Source of the DNA: Chlamydiota bacterium
Lineage (GTDB): Bacteria > Chlamydiota > Chlamydiia > Chlamydiales > JAAKFR01
DNA length: 64,000 nt
NCBI GenBank assembly: GCA_013288105.1
Contig: JABDCM010000002.1
Location: 3,441 to 67,440, forward strand
Direction: 5' to 3'
Shown: positions 8,717-18,625 of the stretch, piece by piece
Numbering within the stretch: position 1 is the first letter of the stretch
How the letters are laid out: the number at the start of each line of letters is the position of its first letter
The notes under the pieces: generated by a model
Seen by the model: the letters and a program-made list of their open reading frames with translations, nothing else
Database searches by the model: none
Told to the model about the DNA's origin: nothing
Made by a program: the position numbers and the translations under genes

Positions 8717-10272
8717 TTTAAAAAGGCCTCTTTAAAGTCGATGATGCCCAGAGGAGAGAGAAAGACATTGTGGACATAGGGTTTTTTCATATAGGTAAAA
8801 TTGATAAAATAGAGGGGGATAATAGGCATTTCATCAATGAGAAGCTCTTCTGCCTGCTCCAATAGTTTTTTTCTTGTGAGAAGATCAATTTCCACCTCAG
8901 AGGCATTAAGAAGGGAGATATAGTGAGGATTTTCCCAGCCCGTCCCATTTGTCTCCCCATCTTGATATTTAAAGGGGTCTAAAAATGAAATGGGATCATT
9001 GACATCAGCAAGCCATCCCATGCGTGCGATCTGGTAATTTTCTTTGGCCAGTTTGTCTAAATAGACTCTCCAATCGAAGGTTTCCAGTTCGATTTCAATA
9101 TCAAATGTCTCTTTCCACATCTGTTGAATGGCTTGCGCAATTTTTTGGTGTTCCCGATTAGCATTAAAACTTAAAAACGTTTTAGGGAAGGAGAGCAGGC
9201 CAAGTTCTTGGATCCCTTCTTTAAAAAGAGCTTGTGCCTTTTTTTTGTTGTCATCCTTAAACAAGACTTGACTCTTCCAATCCCACATATTGGGCACTAA
9301 TGCAAGAGCGATCTCTTGATCTGCTTGCGTGATATGATCTACGATTTCTTGTCGATTAATGGCATAGGCAAGAGCTTTACGGATTTTGGAATTGTGGAGA
9401 TGGGGAATTTGAGTATTGATTTTATAATAATAGGTGCCATTTGAGGGGTGTGTGATGACCCTGCCTTCGGCTTTGAGCGTAGGAAGAAATTCGGTGGGCA
9501 AATTAGAGAGAGGAGCTCCTGCCCAATCTAATTCCCCATTTTCGTACATATAGAGCTCAGTGGTTGCATCCTCTACTATTAAAAGCTTAAGTCCAGCTAG
9601 GGTTACTTTTGAAGCCTCCCAATAGAGGGGGTTTTTTTCGACTCTTATTTCATTGTCATGATCCCATTGTTTAAGAATAAAGGGGCCATTTGAGGGGGAG
9701 GTTTCAGGATTTTTTTCGTCAATCGATGCGTGAAGGGGAAAAAAGAGGGGATAAGAGAGCATTTCAAGAAAATAGGGGGCAGGATGCTCTAAAGTGACTT
9801 CCAGAGTTGAGACATCGAGAGCTCTAATCCCTAATTCTGTAAGGGGAACCGTTCCTTTTTTTACAGCAGCTCCATTTTTAATCAGAAACAATTTATAGGC
9901 AAAGGGGGCTGGAAAAGAGGGGGTCAATATCTGTTTCCAGGAGCGTTCAAAATCGAGAGCTGTGACAGGATCCCCATTTGACCAGAGACTCTTTCTTAAA
10001 GAAAAAGTGTAAGTTGTTCTATTTTCGGAAAGGGTAATTTTTTCTGCAAGAGCGGGCTTGGGAGTATGATCAGCACCGATTCTTGTGAGCCCCTCGTAGA
10101 GCATAATCAGGACATTATTAGAGGTGACATCCGTGGCTTTTCTAGGATCTAGAGTGGGGGGCTCAGAGGAGAGATTAATCCTTAGAATTTGACTACGTTC
10201 TTTGGGGGAGGAGCAGGAAAAAAATCCCAGCCCCACAGCCAATAAGAGAAATATTATAATTTTCGAGCCCAT
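8713..10272 (-). CDS. oppA: oligopeptide-binding protein (SBP family 5), lipoprotein
   Basis: 519 aa. Signal plus lipobox-like GLGFFSC, and family-5 core motifs (LDPRKATD, LYEGLTR, WSNGDPVTA). Confidence 0.85.
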   Translation of the reverse strand: MGSKIIIFLLLAVGLGFFSCSSPKERSQILRINLSSEPPTLDPRKATDVTSNNVLIMLYEGLTRIGADHTPKPALAEKITLSENRTTYTFSLRKSLWSNGDPVTALDFERSWKQILTPSFPAPFAYKLFLIKNGAAVKKGTVPLTELGIRALDVSTLEVTLEHPAPYFLEMLSYPLFFPLHASIDEKNPETSPSNGPFILKQWDHDNEIRVEKNPLYWEASKVTLAGLKLLIVEDATTELYMYENGELDWAGAPLSNLPTEFLPTLKAEGRVITHPSNGTYYYKINTQIPHLHNSKIRKALAYAINRQEIVDHITQADQEIALALVPNMWDWKSQVLFKDDNKKKAQALFKEGIQELGLLSFPKTFLSFNANREHQKIAQAIQQMWKETFDIEIELETFDWRVYLDKLAKENYQIARMGWLADVNDPISFLDPFKYQDGETNGTGWENPHYISLLNASEVEIDLLTRKKLLEQAEELLIDEMPIIPLYFINFTYMKKPYVHNVFLSPLGIIDFKEAFLK

Positions 10273-11792
10273 TTAAAATCTGCAGTTCCTAGAGGAGAAA
10301 GAACAACATCTTTTACATTATCTTTCTTTACATAGTCAAATGCATAATGATAGAGAGGGAGGATTGGCATTGCATCTATAAGAATGTGCTCTGCTTGGCT
10401 GAGCAGTTCCTTTCTCTGTAGAGGGTCTATTTCGCAACGAGAGCGGTCGAGAAGCTGGTTATAACCATCTTGATTCCAGTTGGTAATATTTACCCCCTCC
10501 CTCCATTTAAAGATTTCTAAAAATGCCAGAGGGTCATGATAATCTGCGACCCATTCCCCCGTTGCAATCTGGTAATGGCCCTGTTTGAGATGAGTGCGAT
10601 GCACATGTAATTCAAGAGCTTCTAGTTTCACTTCTATTCCAAAGGCTTTTCTCCATTCATCTTGGAGGAATTGAACGATCTTGGTATTTCTTACAGAGGG
10701 GGAATATTTTAATGTGATAGGGGAGAGTGTTGTGGAACCTAACTCTTGAAGAGCCTCCTCAAATAAGAGACGCGCATAGGTGACATTTCCATCTTCAAAA
10801 TAGGGTTGATGATGAGAGCTCAAAGAGGGGGGAACAACGCCTGTGGCAGGAATCTGATGCCCCTGTAGAATATGTTCGATTAAAGCTGCTCGATGCACAG
10901 CATAGGAAAAGGCCTTACGGAACTTTACTTGATTGAAGGGGGGAGCATCTGTGTTGAAATTCAACCAGAAGGTTCCATCAATGGAGTAGGAGTGGAGCTG
11001 TTTATCATTTTTCATTTTTTCCATGATTTCAGGAATCAAAGGGGCAGAGAGGGGCTGTCCTAACCAGTCCAGCTGATTCTTCTCAAAAAGAAGCCCCTCT
11101 GTTCCGCTATCTGCGATGATGGAGAGGGTAATGCCAACAAGCGCAACAGAAGAGCAATCCCAATAGGTGGGATTTTTTTCTAAGATAAGCTCTCTTTGAG
11201 GCTCCCATGTTTTGAGAGTAAAAGGACCATTATAGACCTGAGTTTTGGGTTTTTGATGGACAGGAAAAAAAGTGGGAAAAGCTGTGAGTTCTAAAAAATA
11301 GGGGGTGGGACTCTCCAGTTGGATGGTCAACAGGTTAGGGGCTAGAACAGTGACCCCTAATGAGTCCACAGGCAGTTTTCCTTCACGAATCTGTCGTCCA
11401 TTTTTTATGGGATAGAGCATATAGGCATAATCACAGGCGAAGGAGGGGTCTAGAGCTTCTTGCCAGCTTCTTTTGAAATCTTCTGCCGATATAGGATCCC
11501 CGTTAGACCAGAAGGCCTCACGGAGAGTAAAGGAGTAGGTCAAAAGGTCATTAGAAATTTCTATTTTTTCAGCAAGAGCTAGCTGAGGTGCCCCTTGAGC
11601 ATCTAAACGCATGAGCCCCTCATAGAGCTGTTTCATCAGAGTTAAATCTCGTTGTAGGCGCACTGCGCGCGGATCGAAGGAGGCGGGGTCTGTCGGAAAG
11701 TTAAGGAGAAGCTGTTGGTTATTATCCTTGGATGGAGGAGGCTCCTGACAGCTGGACATGAGGAGAAGTAGGAGAAGCAGAAGTTGGGGCAC
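10254..11792 (-). CDS. oppA: second oligopeptide-binding protein (SBP family 5), lipoprotein
   Basis: 512 aa. Leu-rich signal with LLLMSSC, and FDPRAV, LYEGLMR, WSNGDPISA. It is a paralogue of the adjacent oppA. The start is uncertain because it overlaps the tsaD 3' end by 71 nt. Confidence 0.82.
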   Translation of the reverse strand: MPQLLLLLLLLMSSCQEPPPSKDNNQQLLLNFPTDPASFDPRAVRLQRDLTLMKQLYEGLMRLDAQGAPQLALAEKIEISNDLLTYSFTLREAFWSNGDPISAEDFKRSWQEALDPSFACDYAYMLYPIKNGRQIREGKLPVDSLGVTVLAPNLLTIQLESPTPYFLELTAFPTFFPVHQKPKTQVYNGPFTLKTWEPQRELILEKNPTYWDCSSVALVGITLSIIADSGTEGLLFEKNQLDWLGQPLSAPLIPEIMEKMKNDKQLHSYSIDGTFWLNFNTDAPPFNQVKFRKAFSYAVHRAALIEHILQGHQIPATGVVPPSLSSHHQPYFEDGNVTYARLLFEEALQELGSTTLSPITLKYSPSVRNTKIVQFLQDEWRKAFGIEVKLEALELHVHRTHLKQGHYQIATGEWVADYHDPLAFLEIFKWREGVNITNWNQDGYNQLLDRSRCEIDPLQRKELLSQAEHILIDAMPILPLYHYAFDYVKKDNVKDVVLSPLGTADFKWARKL

Positions 11793-12810
11793 GTGCAGAC
11801 TCCTTAAAAGGGATACGGGGTTTAGCTTCTAATGTCCAGGGGCTGATCCCCTCGCGTTTAAAAACATGATACCCGAGACCTGCAATCATGGCCCCATTAT
11901 CAAGACACAGACCAGCAGGTGGATAATAAATAGGAAGAGAGGATTTTTTTTCCAAAAGAGTGCGCATATATTGATTATGCACCACTCCCCCTCCCAGAAT
12001 TACACTCTGACATCCCCACTCTTTTGCACTAAGTGAGATTTTTTCCACAAGATGAGAAAAGGCGACATGTTGAAAACTTGCAGCCACATCTTTTTTATCC
12101 TCTTCAGAAATCATAAGAGGGGAGTTTTTCTGTCCATTTTGTCCTCGAATTAGATAGAGAGCAGCTGTTTTAAGGCCACTGAAAGAGAAATCGTAAGGAC
12201 GCCCCTTAATGGTTCCAGCTTTCAGAGGATATCTGAGAGGGTTTCCCTCTCGAGCAAGTTTTTCAATTTCTGGTCCTCCTGGATAGGGTAGATCTAACAT
12301 TTTTGCCACCTTATCAAAGGCCTCACCGATGGCATCATCTTGAGTTTGACCAATCAACTCATATTCTCCCAGTCCACGCACAAACAAAAGGGCAGTATGT
12401 CCTCCTGAAAGCACAACTCCTAAACTAGGAAGAGGGGGAGAATGGCTCATGAGCGAGGAGAAGAGGTGAGCCTCCACATGGTTTACCCCTATAAAAGGTT
12501 TTTCATGAGACCAGGCCAGCCCCTTTGCAAAGTTGATTCCTACTAAGAGAGCACCTACCAGGCCGGGTCCATGCGCGACAGCAATGAGGTCGATCTCTCG
12601 CATCGAAACAGCTGCTTGGAGTAGAGCCTGATGGAGGAGGGGTTCGCATACATCTAGATGACGCCTACTGGCAAGTTCTGGAATGACCCCCCCATAGGAG
12701 GTGTGGAGATCTCCTTGAGAGGCCACGACATTAGATAAGATTTCAGAGCCGTTGCGTACAACGGCAAATCCTGTCTCATCACATGTACTTTCAATCCCTA
12801 AAACAAGCAT
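11722..12810 (-). CDS. tsaD: tRNA N6-adenosine threonylcarbamoyltransferase
   Basis: GIESTCDETG N-terminus, metal-binding HVEAHL, and LSGGV-type C-terminal half. It has a ~20-aa Pro/Ser-rich C-terminal tail beyond the usual end. Confidence 0.9.
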   Translation of the reverse strand: MLVLGIESTCDETGFAVVRNGSEILSNVVASQGDLHTSYGGVIPELASRRHLDVCEPLLHQALLQAAVSMREIDLIAVAHGPGLVGALLVGINFAKGLAWSHEKPFIGVNHVEAHLFSSLMSHSPPLPSLGVVLSGGHTALLFVRGLGEYELIGQTQDDAIGEAFDKVAKMLDLPYPGGPEIEKLAREGNPLRYPLKAGTIKGRPYDFSFSGLKTAALYLIRGQNGQKNSPLMISEEDKKDVAASFQHVAFSHLVEKISLSAKEWGCQSVILGGGVVHNQYMRTLLEKKSSLPIYYPPAGLCLDNGAMIAGLGYHVFKREGISPWTLEAKPRIPFKESARAPTSASPTSPHVQLSGASSIQG

Positions 12811-12829
12811 ATGGGATCACATTATATAC

Positions 12830-13582
12830 TTATCCGCGACTGGCATCAAGATCGATGATCCAATAAGCAGGATGAAGAGGGGTCCCAATTTTTTGAGCAG
12901 GAAAAAGATCAGAAAAAGGTTCTAAAATTTTCTCTAACATCTCTTTTTTTTCTTTTCCAAGCACATAAAAAAAGATGTGATGCGCCTGATTGATAAAATC
13001 AAAAGTAAAACTCATGCGCCAACTATTTTTTTGAGGCACATAGTTTGCAATAACCCACCTATTTTCTACATGAAGTCCCTCTGTGTTTGGAAAGAGGGAG
13101 GCTGTATGTCCATCATCCCCCATTCCAAGCATGATGAGATCTAAGGGTCTATCTTTTAATATTTTTTTTAAAATTCTCTCATATTCTATTGCTTGGCTTT
13201 CTATATCATGCTCTGCTTCCATACGAAAAATATGTTTAGGATTGAGAGGAAGTTGATTAAGTCCCCCCTCCTCCATTGCCATACGATAATTATTATCTAC
13301 ATGGTGGGGGGGAACGCTTCTTTCATCTCCCCAAAACAAAAACAGTTTGGACCAATCTATTCGGTCTCGATTATGAGGAGCGCTCAATTTTTGGAAGATA
13401 GCCAGTGGAGTGGAACCCCCTGATAGAGCGACAGCAAAATACCCATGATCAGCTATGGCCTCTTGAGCAACTTGAAACCAGTGATCTACGCAATAATGGA
13501 TCGTTTTTTCTCTATCTCCAGGGACAATAAGGCGGCGTCGTTCATCAATTACTTTTTCCACTTCAAATAGATCTCCATGCAC
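12830..13582 (-). CDS. pgl: 6-phosphogluconolactonase
   Basis: ALSGGSTP and LGMGDDGHTASLFP motifs. It overlaps zwf by 20 nt. Confidence 0.9.
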   Translation of the reverse strand: MHGDLFEVEKVIDERRRLIVPGDREKTIHYCVDHWFQVAQEAIADHGYFAVALSGGSTPLAIFQKLSAPHNRDRIDWSKLFLFWGDERSVPPHHVDNNYRMAMEEGGLNQLPLNPKHIFRMEAEHDIESQAIEYERILKKILKDRPLDLIMLGMGDDGHTASLFPNTEGLHVENRWVIANYVPQKNSWRMSFTFDFINQAHHIFFYVLGKEKKEMLEKILEPFSDLFPAQKIGTPLHPAYWIIDLDASRG

Positions 13583-15104
13583 GACCCTCTTTTGCCATCA
13601 TCTCATCTGCAGCTTTTGGTCCCCAAGTACCTGAGGCATAATTCGGGAAATCTTTAGGGGGGAGGCGATTCCACTCTTCTAAAATAGGAGAGATTAGCTT
13701 CCAGGAGGTGAGAACCTCATCCCCTCTTGCGAAGAGAGTCCCGTCACCCAAGATACAATCACAGATGAGCCGTTCGTAGGCTTCGGGAGGGGCAAGCCCG
13801 AAGTAAGAGCTATATTTGAAGTCCATTTTTACAGGTTGTACGGGGCTACTTGGACCGGGAACCTTGCAATTGATACGCAGTGCAATTCCCTCATCGGGTT
13901 GAATTCTAATGACGAGCACATTTTTTTCATTCTGCCTACCCTCTTGAGTGAAGAGGATGCCTGGGGCATTTTTGAAGGTTACAGCGATTTCTGTCGCTCT
14001 TTTGGGGAGCCGTTTTCCAGCTCTTAAGTAAAAGGGGACATTAGCCCAGCGCCAGTTATCGATGTAGAATTTAAGAGCGACGAAAGTTTCTACATAAGAT
14101 TGAGGATTGACATTTTTTTCCTGTCTATAGCCTATGACCCCTTGCCCATCGATAGCTCCTGGACCATATTGCCCTCGAACAACCAGCTGGTTAAAAAGAG
14201 AGAGATCGATAGGACGGATGGCTTGAAGGACCTTTACTTTTTCATTATGGATAGATTCTGGACGCAAGCTAGAGGGGGGTTCCATGGCGGTTAAAGAGAG
14301 CAGTTGCATCATGTGATTTTGGACAATATCGCGCAGCATGCCCGCCTCTTCCCAGAAAGCGCCTCTTGTACCGATTCCGATCTCCTCGCCTACGGTGATT
14401 TGAATATGATCGATATAATGGTTATTCCAGAAGGCCTCGAATATGGAGTTTGCGAAACGGAAGACGAGGATATTTTGAACAGTCTCCTTTCCGAGGTAGT
14501 GATCGATACGGTAGATCTGAGATTCAGAAAGATGTTTAGAGACAAATTTTTGAAGCTCTATTCCTGATGCAAGATCATGACCGAATGGTTTTTCTATAAT
14601 GATCCGCGACCACTTGTCTTTTACTTTATGCACGTCGTAGATCAGACCATGTTGACTGAGTTTTTCAACGATAGTGGGGAAAAAACTGGGAGGAGTTGAG
14701 AAATAAAAGATACGATTACCGGAGGTTCCCAGCTCTTTATCGAGCTTTTGAAGAAATTGATTGAGGGAGTCATACCCTTGGTCATCATCGAAATTGGCTT
14801 GATGGTAGAAAATTTGATTAGAGAAGCTCTTCCAGAGAGTTTCATCAGTCGGTTTTACGCGAGAGAATTTATTGACCGCCTCATGCATTTCTTGACGGAA
14901 AGCCTCATGAGTTTTTTCTCTTCTAGCAAAGCCGACGCAAGCGAAGTTGGAGGGGAGCTGCTTATCTCTAGCTAGATTATAGAGAGCAGGAAAGAGCTTA
15001 CGTGAGGTAAGATCGCCTGTAGCGCCAAAGATAACGATGATGCATGGCTCTATGGTTTTAGAAGTTTTTGCTTTTTCTTCAGAGGGGAGGGTGGATGTTG
15101 TCAT
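13563..15104 (-). CDS. zwf: glucose-6-phosphate 1-dehydrogenase
   Basis: NADP-binding GATGDLTSRKLFPALY and the active-site motif RIDHYLGKE. Confidence 0.95.
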   Translation of the reverse strand: MTTSTLPSEEKAKTSKTIEPCIIVIFGATGDLTSRKLFPALYNLARDKQLPSNFACVGFARREKTHEAFRQEMHEAVNKFSRVKPTDETLWKSFSNQIFYHQANFDDDQGYDSLNQFLQKLDKELGTSGNRIFYFSTPPSFFPTIVEKLSQHGLIYDVHKVKDKWSRIIIEKPFGHDLASGIELQKFVSKHLSESQIYRIDHYLGKETVQNILVFRFANSIFEAFWNNHYIDHIQITVGEEIGIGTRGAFWEEAGMLRDIVQNHMMQLLSLTAMEPPSSLRPESIHNEKVKVLQAIRPIDLSLFNQLVVRGQYGPGAIDGQGVIGYRQEKNVNPQSYVETFVALKFYIDNWRWANVPFYLRAGKRLPKRATEIAVTFKNAPGILFTQEGRQNEKNVLVIRIQPDEGIALRINCKVPGPSSPVQPVKMDFKYSSYFGLAPPEAYERLICDCILGDGTLFARGDEVLTSWKLISPILEEWNRLPPKDFPNYASGTWGPKAADEMMAKEGRAWRSI

Positions 15105-15187
15105 AAGGCTTTAGCCAATGTTTTTTTCAGACATTAACCTGAGAGGTAAATTCTGCACAAGGGGGGAATAAGAAAATTAAAATCTAG

Positions 15188-15217
15188 TTGACAAAATCTT
15201 GATATATTTCTGATACT
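15188..15217 (+). promoter_or_regulatory. sigma-70-like promoter (TTGACA-18 nt-GATACT) for the ASCH-domain gene
   Basis: Perfect -35 TTGACA at 15188-15193 and GATACT at 15212-15217, ~22 nt upstream of ATG 15240. The same module is duplicated at 16504-16532. Confidence 0.5.
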
Positions 15218-15239
15218 CTCCTCCGAAATTTACATTTTT

Positions 15240-16376
15240 ATGGGAGAAATAACCGCCATGGCAACAATCGCATCTGCAACAGCGAGATTTCATGCTTGTG
15301 ATCATTCAAAACATTGGCGTACTCCTCCCTTAACAGGTTACTCTCCTTATCTCAGGATAGTACAACAAATTTTGACACTGCAGGTGGCATGTTTTCGTGG
15401 AAATCAAGAGCGTAATCTTAAAGAAATTGAGGAGGGAGGGGAGTTGAAGTATGAGGTCTTATTTTGTGGTAGTCAGCCTGTGGGAGTTGTAGTCTACCAA
15501 AAGGGTTATATATTTAAAGTACAAAATTTAGAAGTTAGAGAGGATGACCTATGTCACGCAGCCCTTTTAATTGATAGAGTAAAAGGGCTGGCTCAGAGAA
15601 ATTATTCAGCAAGAATCGAGCTGACCCTATCAGGAGAACCTAAAAAAATAATTGGATTACTTCAAAAAAAAGATTTTGGGGCGCAATCCGTTTTAAAAAA
15701 CATCTATAAGCCAGGGGTAAACGAGATTATATTTGGTCATAAGGTCACGCGAGAAGAAGTAGAAAGTTTGTTGGTCGAAGTAAGAGAAGAAACATCAGCT
15801 CCGGAAAGTCGTTTTCCAGAGAAGAGTAAAGCTAAAAGGAAAAAAGGAAGCGAGCTTGAGGAAGAGGAGGGATCTGCAGGACCTCCTTCGAAAAAAAGAG
15901 GAACAGAGACCGATTATCAGAAAGATCGAGAGGCAAGCAATTTTGATCCTAGAGAGGAGAGACGAGCAAGAAGAGAGAGGGTTGCTTCTCAAAGCATGTC
16001 TCATGAACCTCCTACTCCTAAACTGGCTTTATATAGAACAAATTTGAAGCAGAAAGATATTGATCAAATCAAAAGTGGTGAAAAAACAATTGAGGTAAAA
16101 ATTGAGTGCGGGGTCTTCTTAAAATATAAACCAGGCGATCTGGTTCAATTTTCTGATAAAAAAGCTCAAGCAGATGGTGTCCTATGTACAATTGTCTCTA
16201 TTCGCAAGTATCCGAGTTTTGAAGAGCTATTTCAACAAGAGGATTTTAAAAAATGTCTGCCAGATGCTCAAAGCCTAGAAGATGCAGTCAGCGTTTATCA
16301 TGCAATTCCTGGATCTGTGAAAAAAGCTGTCAGATTTGGCGTAATAGCAATTGAGTTTCGTAAGAAACCAGCCTAA
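15240..16376 (+). CDS. two-domain protein: unknown N-terminal domain, basic/acidic NLS-like linker, C-terminal ASCH (PUA-like) domain
   Basis: 378 aa. The C-terminal ~115 aa show the ASCH pattern (IKSGEKTIEVK...YKPGDLVQF...VLCTIVSIRKY.SFEEL...GVIAIEF). The linker carries KSKAKRKKG, PPSKKRG and REERRARRER. Confidence 0.7.
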   Translation: MGEITAMATIASATARFHACDHSKHWRTPPLTGYSPYLRIVQQILTLQVACFRGNQERNLKEIEEGGELKYEVLFCGSQPVGVVVYQKGYIFKVQNLEVREDDLCHAALLIDRVKGLAQRNYSARIELTLSGEPKKIIGLLQKKDFGAQSVLKNIYKPGVNEIIFGHKVTREEVESLLVEVREETSAPESRFPEKSKAKRKKGSELEEEEGSAGPPSKKRGTETDYQKDREASNFDPREERRARRERVASQSMSHEPPTPKLALYRTNLKQKDIDQIKSGEKTIEVKIECGVFLKYKPGDLVQFSDKKAQADGVLCTIVSIRKYPSFEELFQQEDFKKCLPDAQSLEDAVSVYHAIPGSVKKAVRFGVIAIEFRKKPA

Positions 16377-16503
16377 AAGTAACTGTGAAATGAATCTTAT
16401 AAGATTGATGATGAGACTTATAAATTGCAGAGCGCCTCGATTCTATGGCAAGAACCAGAGAGCTTGCCTCCTCTTCCTAAGCAGTTATAAAATTAAAATC
16501 TAG

Positions 16504-16532
16504 TTGACAAAATCTTGATATTTTCCGATACT
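16504..16532 (+). promoter_or_regulatory. duplicated sigma-70-like promoter (TTGACA-17 nt-GATACT)
   Basis: Near-identical copy of the 15188-15217 module, upstream of GTG 16555. Confidence 0.45.
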
Positions 16533-16554
16533 CTTTCCCAAAATTTAAATTTTT

Positions 16555-17378
16555 GTGGGAGAAATAACCGCCATGGCAATAATTGCATCTACAACAGCGA
16601 GACCTCATGCTTGTGATCATTCAAAATATTGGCTTACTCCTTCCTTAACAGGCGACTCTCGTTATCTCAATATAGTACAACAAGTTTTGACACAGCAGGT
16701 GGCACCTTTTTGTGGAAATCAAGAGCGTAATCTTAAAGAAATTAAGGAGGGAGGGGAGTGGAAGTATGAGGTCTTATTTTATGATGATTGGCCTGTGGGA
16801 TTAGTAGTCTATAGAAGGGCAGGTTGTATACTTGAAGTAAAAAATTTAGAAGCTAAAGAGGATGGTGCATCTACAGCAAGTCATGCAACCTTCTTAATTA
16901 ATAGAGTAAAAGCTCTGGCTCCGGAAAATCTTTCAATACGCATCTGTCTGACTGTATCAGGAGGATCTCCAAAAATAACGGAATTTCTTCCCAAAGAGTG
17001 TCTCCTGAACCTCCTACTCCTAACGTGGTTGTTCATAAAACAAATTTAAAGCAGAAAGATATTGATCAAATCAAAAGTGGTGAAAAAACAATCGAGGGAA
17101 GAATTAATTGCGGGATCTTCTTAAGATATAAACCAGGCGATCAGGTTAGATTTTCTGATAAAAAAGCTCCAGAAGATGGTGTCTTATGTACAATTTCCGC
17201 TATTCGCCAGTATCTAAGTTTTGAAGATCTGTTACAACAAGAGGGTTTTGAAAAATGTCTGCCAGATGTCGGGAGCCTAGAAGACGCAGTCAGCTTTTAT
17301 AATGCAATTGCTGGATCTGTGAAAAAAGTTGCCAAATATGGCGTGATGGCAATGGAGCTTCTTAAGAGCCCATCCTAA
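16555..17378 (+). pseudogene. frame-disrupted tandem paralogue of 15240-16376 (N-domain ORF 16555-17049; ASCH ORF 16998-17378)
   Basis: The N-domain is ~60% identical by eye to copy 1 and the ASCH domain is clearly homologous. The ~105-aa basic linker is missing, and the two halves lie in different frames overlapping at 16998-17049. It may instead be two separately translated genes. Confidence 0.5.
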
Positions 17379-17394
17379 AAATTCTATAGGCGAG

Positions 17395-17805
17395 TTAATA
17401 ACCAAGATAGCTTTGAAGTAAAATCAATGCGCAGACAGAATCTACTCTCTGCTTCCTCTTCTTGCGCGAAAATCCCCCCTCCCTAAGAGAACGGTCCGCC
17501 TGCCTTGTCGATAGCCTCTCATCCCAAAGAAGAACCTCATAAGGCACCTCCTTCTGTAACAAAGAGATAAAATGCTTTACCTCATCTGCTAAAAAACTTA
17601 CCCTCCCATCCATATGCAAAGGATAACCCACAATGATCTTCTCAATCGTATAGGGTTCTAAAAGACGCAGTAGCTGCTTAATCGTGCCTGCCGTCTGCGC
17701 ATCTGCTTGAATGGTGGGCAGGGGAGTCGCAATCATCCTACTCTCATCAGAAATGGCAACTCCCAATCTTTTGAGCCCAAAATCTATACATACTACTCTT
17801 CCCAT
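17395..17805 (-). CDS. ruvX: Holliday junction resolvase-like / pre-16S rRNA nuclease YqgF
   Basis: 136 aa with CIDFGLKRLGVAISD at the N-terminus, and DERLST and VDSVCALILLQSYL motifs. Confidence 0.85.
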   Translation of the reverse strand: MGRVVCIDFGLKRLGVAISDESRMIATPLPTIQADAQTAGTIKQLLRLLEPYTIEKIIVGYPLHMDGRVSFLADEVKHFISLLQKEVPYEVLLWDERLSTRQADRSLREGGFSRKKRKQRVDSVCALILLQSYLGY

Positions 17806-18527
17806 AAAATCTGCTCCACTCTTTGTATATCTTCGGGAAGATCAACCCCAATCCCCTTATCCTCAACAAGACAGGTCTGTATTACAAAACCATTTTCTAA
17901 TACCTTTAACTGTTCTAAATCTTCTCCCACTTGAAGAGTAGAGGGGGGAAGTGTCACATATTTCAAGAGAAAATCACGCCGAAAACAGTAAATTCCAATG
18001 TGCCGGTAAGCCTGTCCCTTATGAGGAATAGGAGAACGGCTAAAATAGAGCGCTTTTCCCTCTTTATCAAAGACACATTTCACAATTGAGGGGCTCAATA
18101 ACTTCTTTTCACAATCGATTTTAGCCACCGGAGTAGATAAAACAGCCTCAGGGTTTTTCAAAAGAGAATCAACCAAAGTATCTATAATCAAAGGATTTAA
18201 GCAGGGCTCATCCCCCTGAATATTCACAATCAAAGTAGCTTGAGGACAAAAAGAGGCTGCCACTTGCGCAACTCGATCAGTTCCTGTAAGGCAAAAAGGG
18301 GAGCTCATCACAACTTTCCCTCCAAATTCCTCAACATGATTCCTAATCTGCTCATTGTCAGTCGCAATGATGAGATCATCTAAAAGCTTTGATCGAGATG
18401 CGTTTTCGTATGTTCTTTGTATTAAAGACTTTCCAAGAATAGAAGCTAAAGGTTTTCCAGGAAAACGAGTACTACCCCATCTCGCTGGAATAATTCCAAT
18501 AATTTGCATAATGTAAGGAGCATACAA
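17793..18527 (-). CDS. kdsB: 3-deoxy-manno-octulosonate cytidylyltransferase (CMP-KDO synthetase)
   Basis: IIPARWGSTRFPGKPL N-terminus and NIQGDEP motif, 244 aa. Confidence 0.9.
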   Translation of the reverse strand: MYAPYIMQIIGIIPARWGSTRFPGKPLASILGKSLIQRTYENASRSKLLDDLIIATDNEQIRNHVEEFGGKVVMSSPFCLTGTDRVAQVAASFCPQATLIVNIQGDEPCLNPLIIDTLVDSLLKNPEAVLSTPVAKIDCEKKLLSPSIVKCVFDKEGKALYFSRSPIPHKGQAYRHIGIYCFRRDFLLKYVTLPPSTLQVGEDLEQLKVLENGFVIQTCLVEDKGIGVDLPEDIQRVEQILWEE

Positions 18528-18625
18528 AAAAACATTTAGGGAGTCTATCTAAATCATACAAATAAATATTCTTAAAAAATAGAATAGATAGTATTATAAG
18601 TTTAATACTAACTAACTAGGTTTAT

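Noticed and set aside
11722-11792. 71-nt overlap between the tsaD 3' end and the second oppA start as a possible regulatory overlap
   Set aside because: This is most likely a start-codon choice issue (an internal Met at 11759 is possible) combined with a non-conserved TsaD tail. It is not treated as unusual without further evidence.
16504-16532. Possible sigma-28 promoter (CCGATA at 16525-16530), given fliA in the window
   Set aside because: Only the core of the -10 element (GCCGATAA) is matched, there is no TAAA -35 at the right spacing, copy 1 has CTGATA instead, and a perfect sigma-70 TTGACA is present.
16960-17050. Programmed -1 ribosomal frameshift joining the two halves of the second ASCH paralogue
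   Set aside because: There is an A5 run at 16971-16975, but no canonical X-XXY-YYZ heptamer in the zero frame and no obvious downstream stimulatory structure. A pseudogene or split gene is the simpler explanation.
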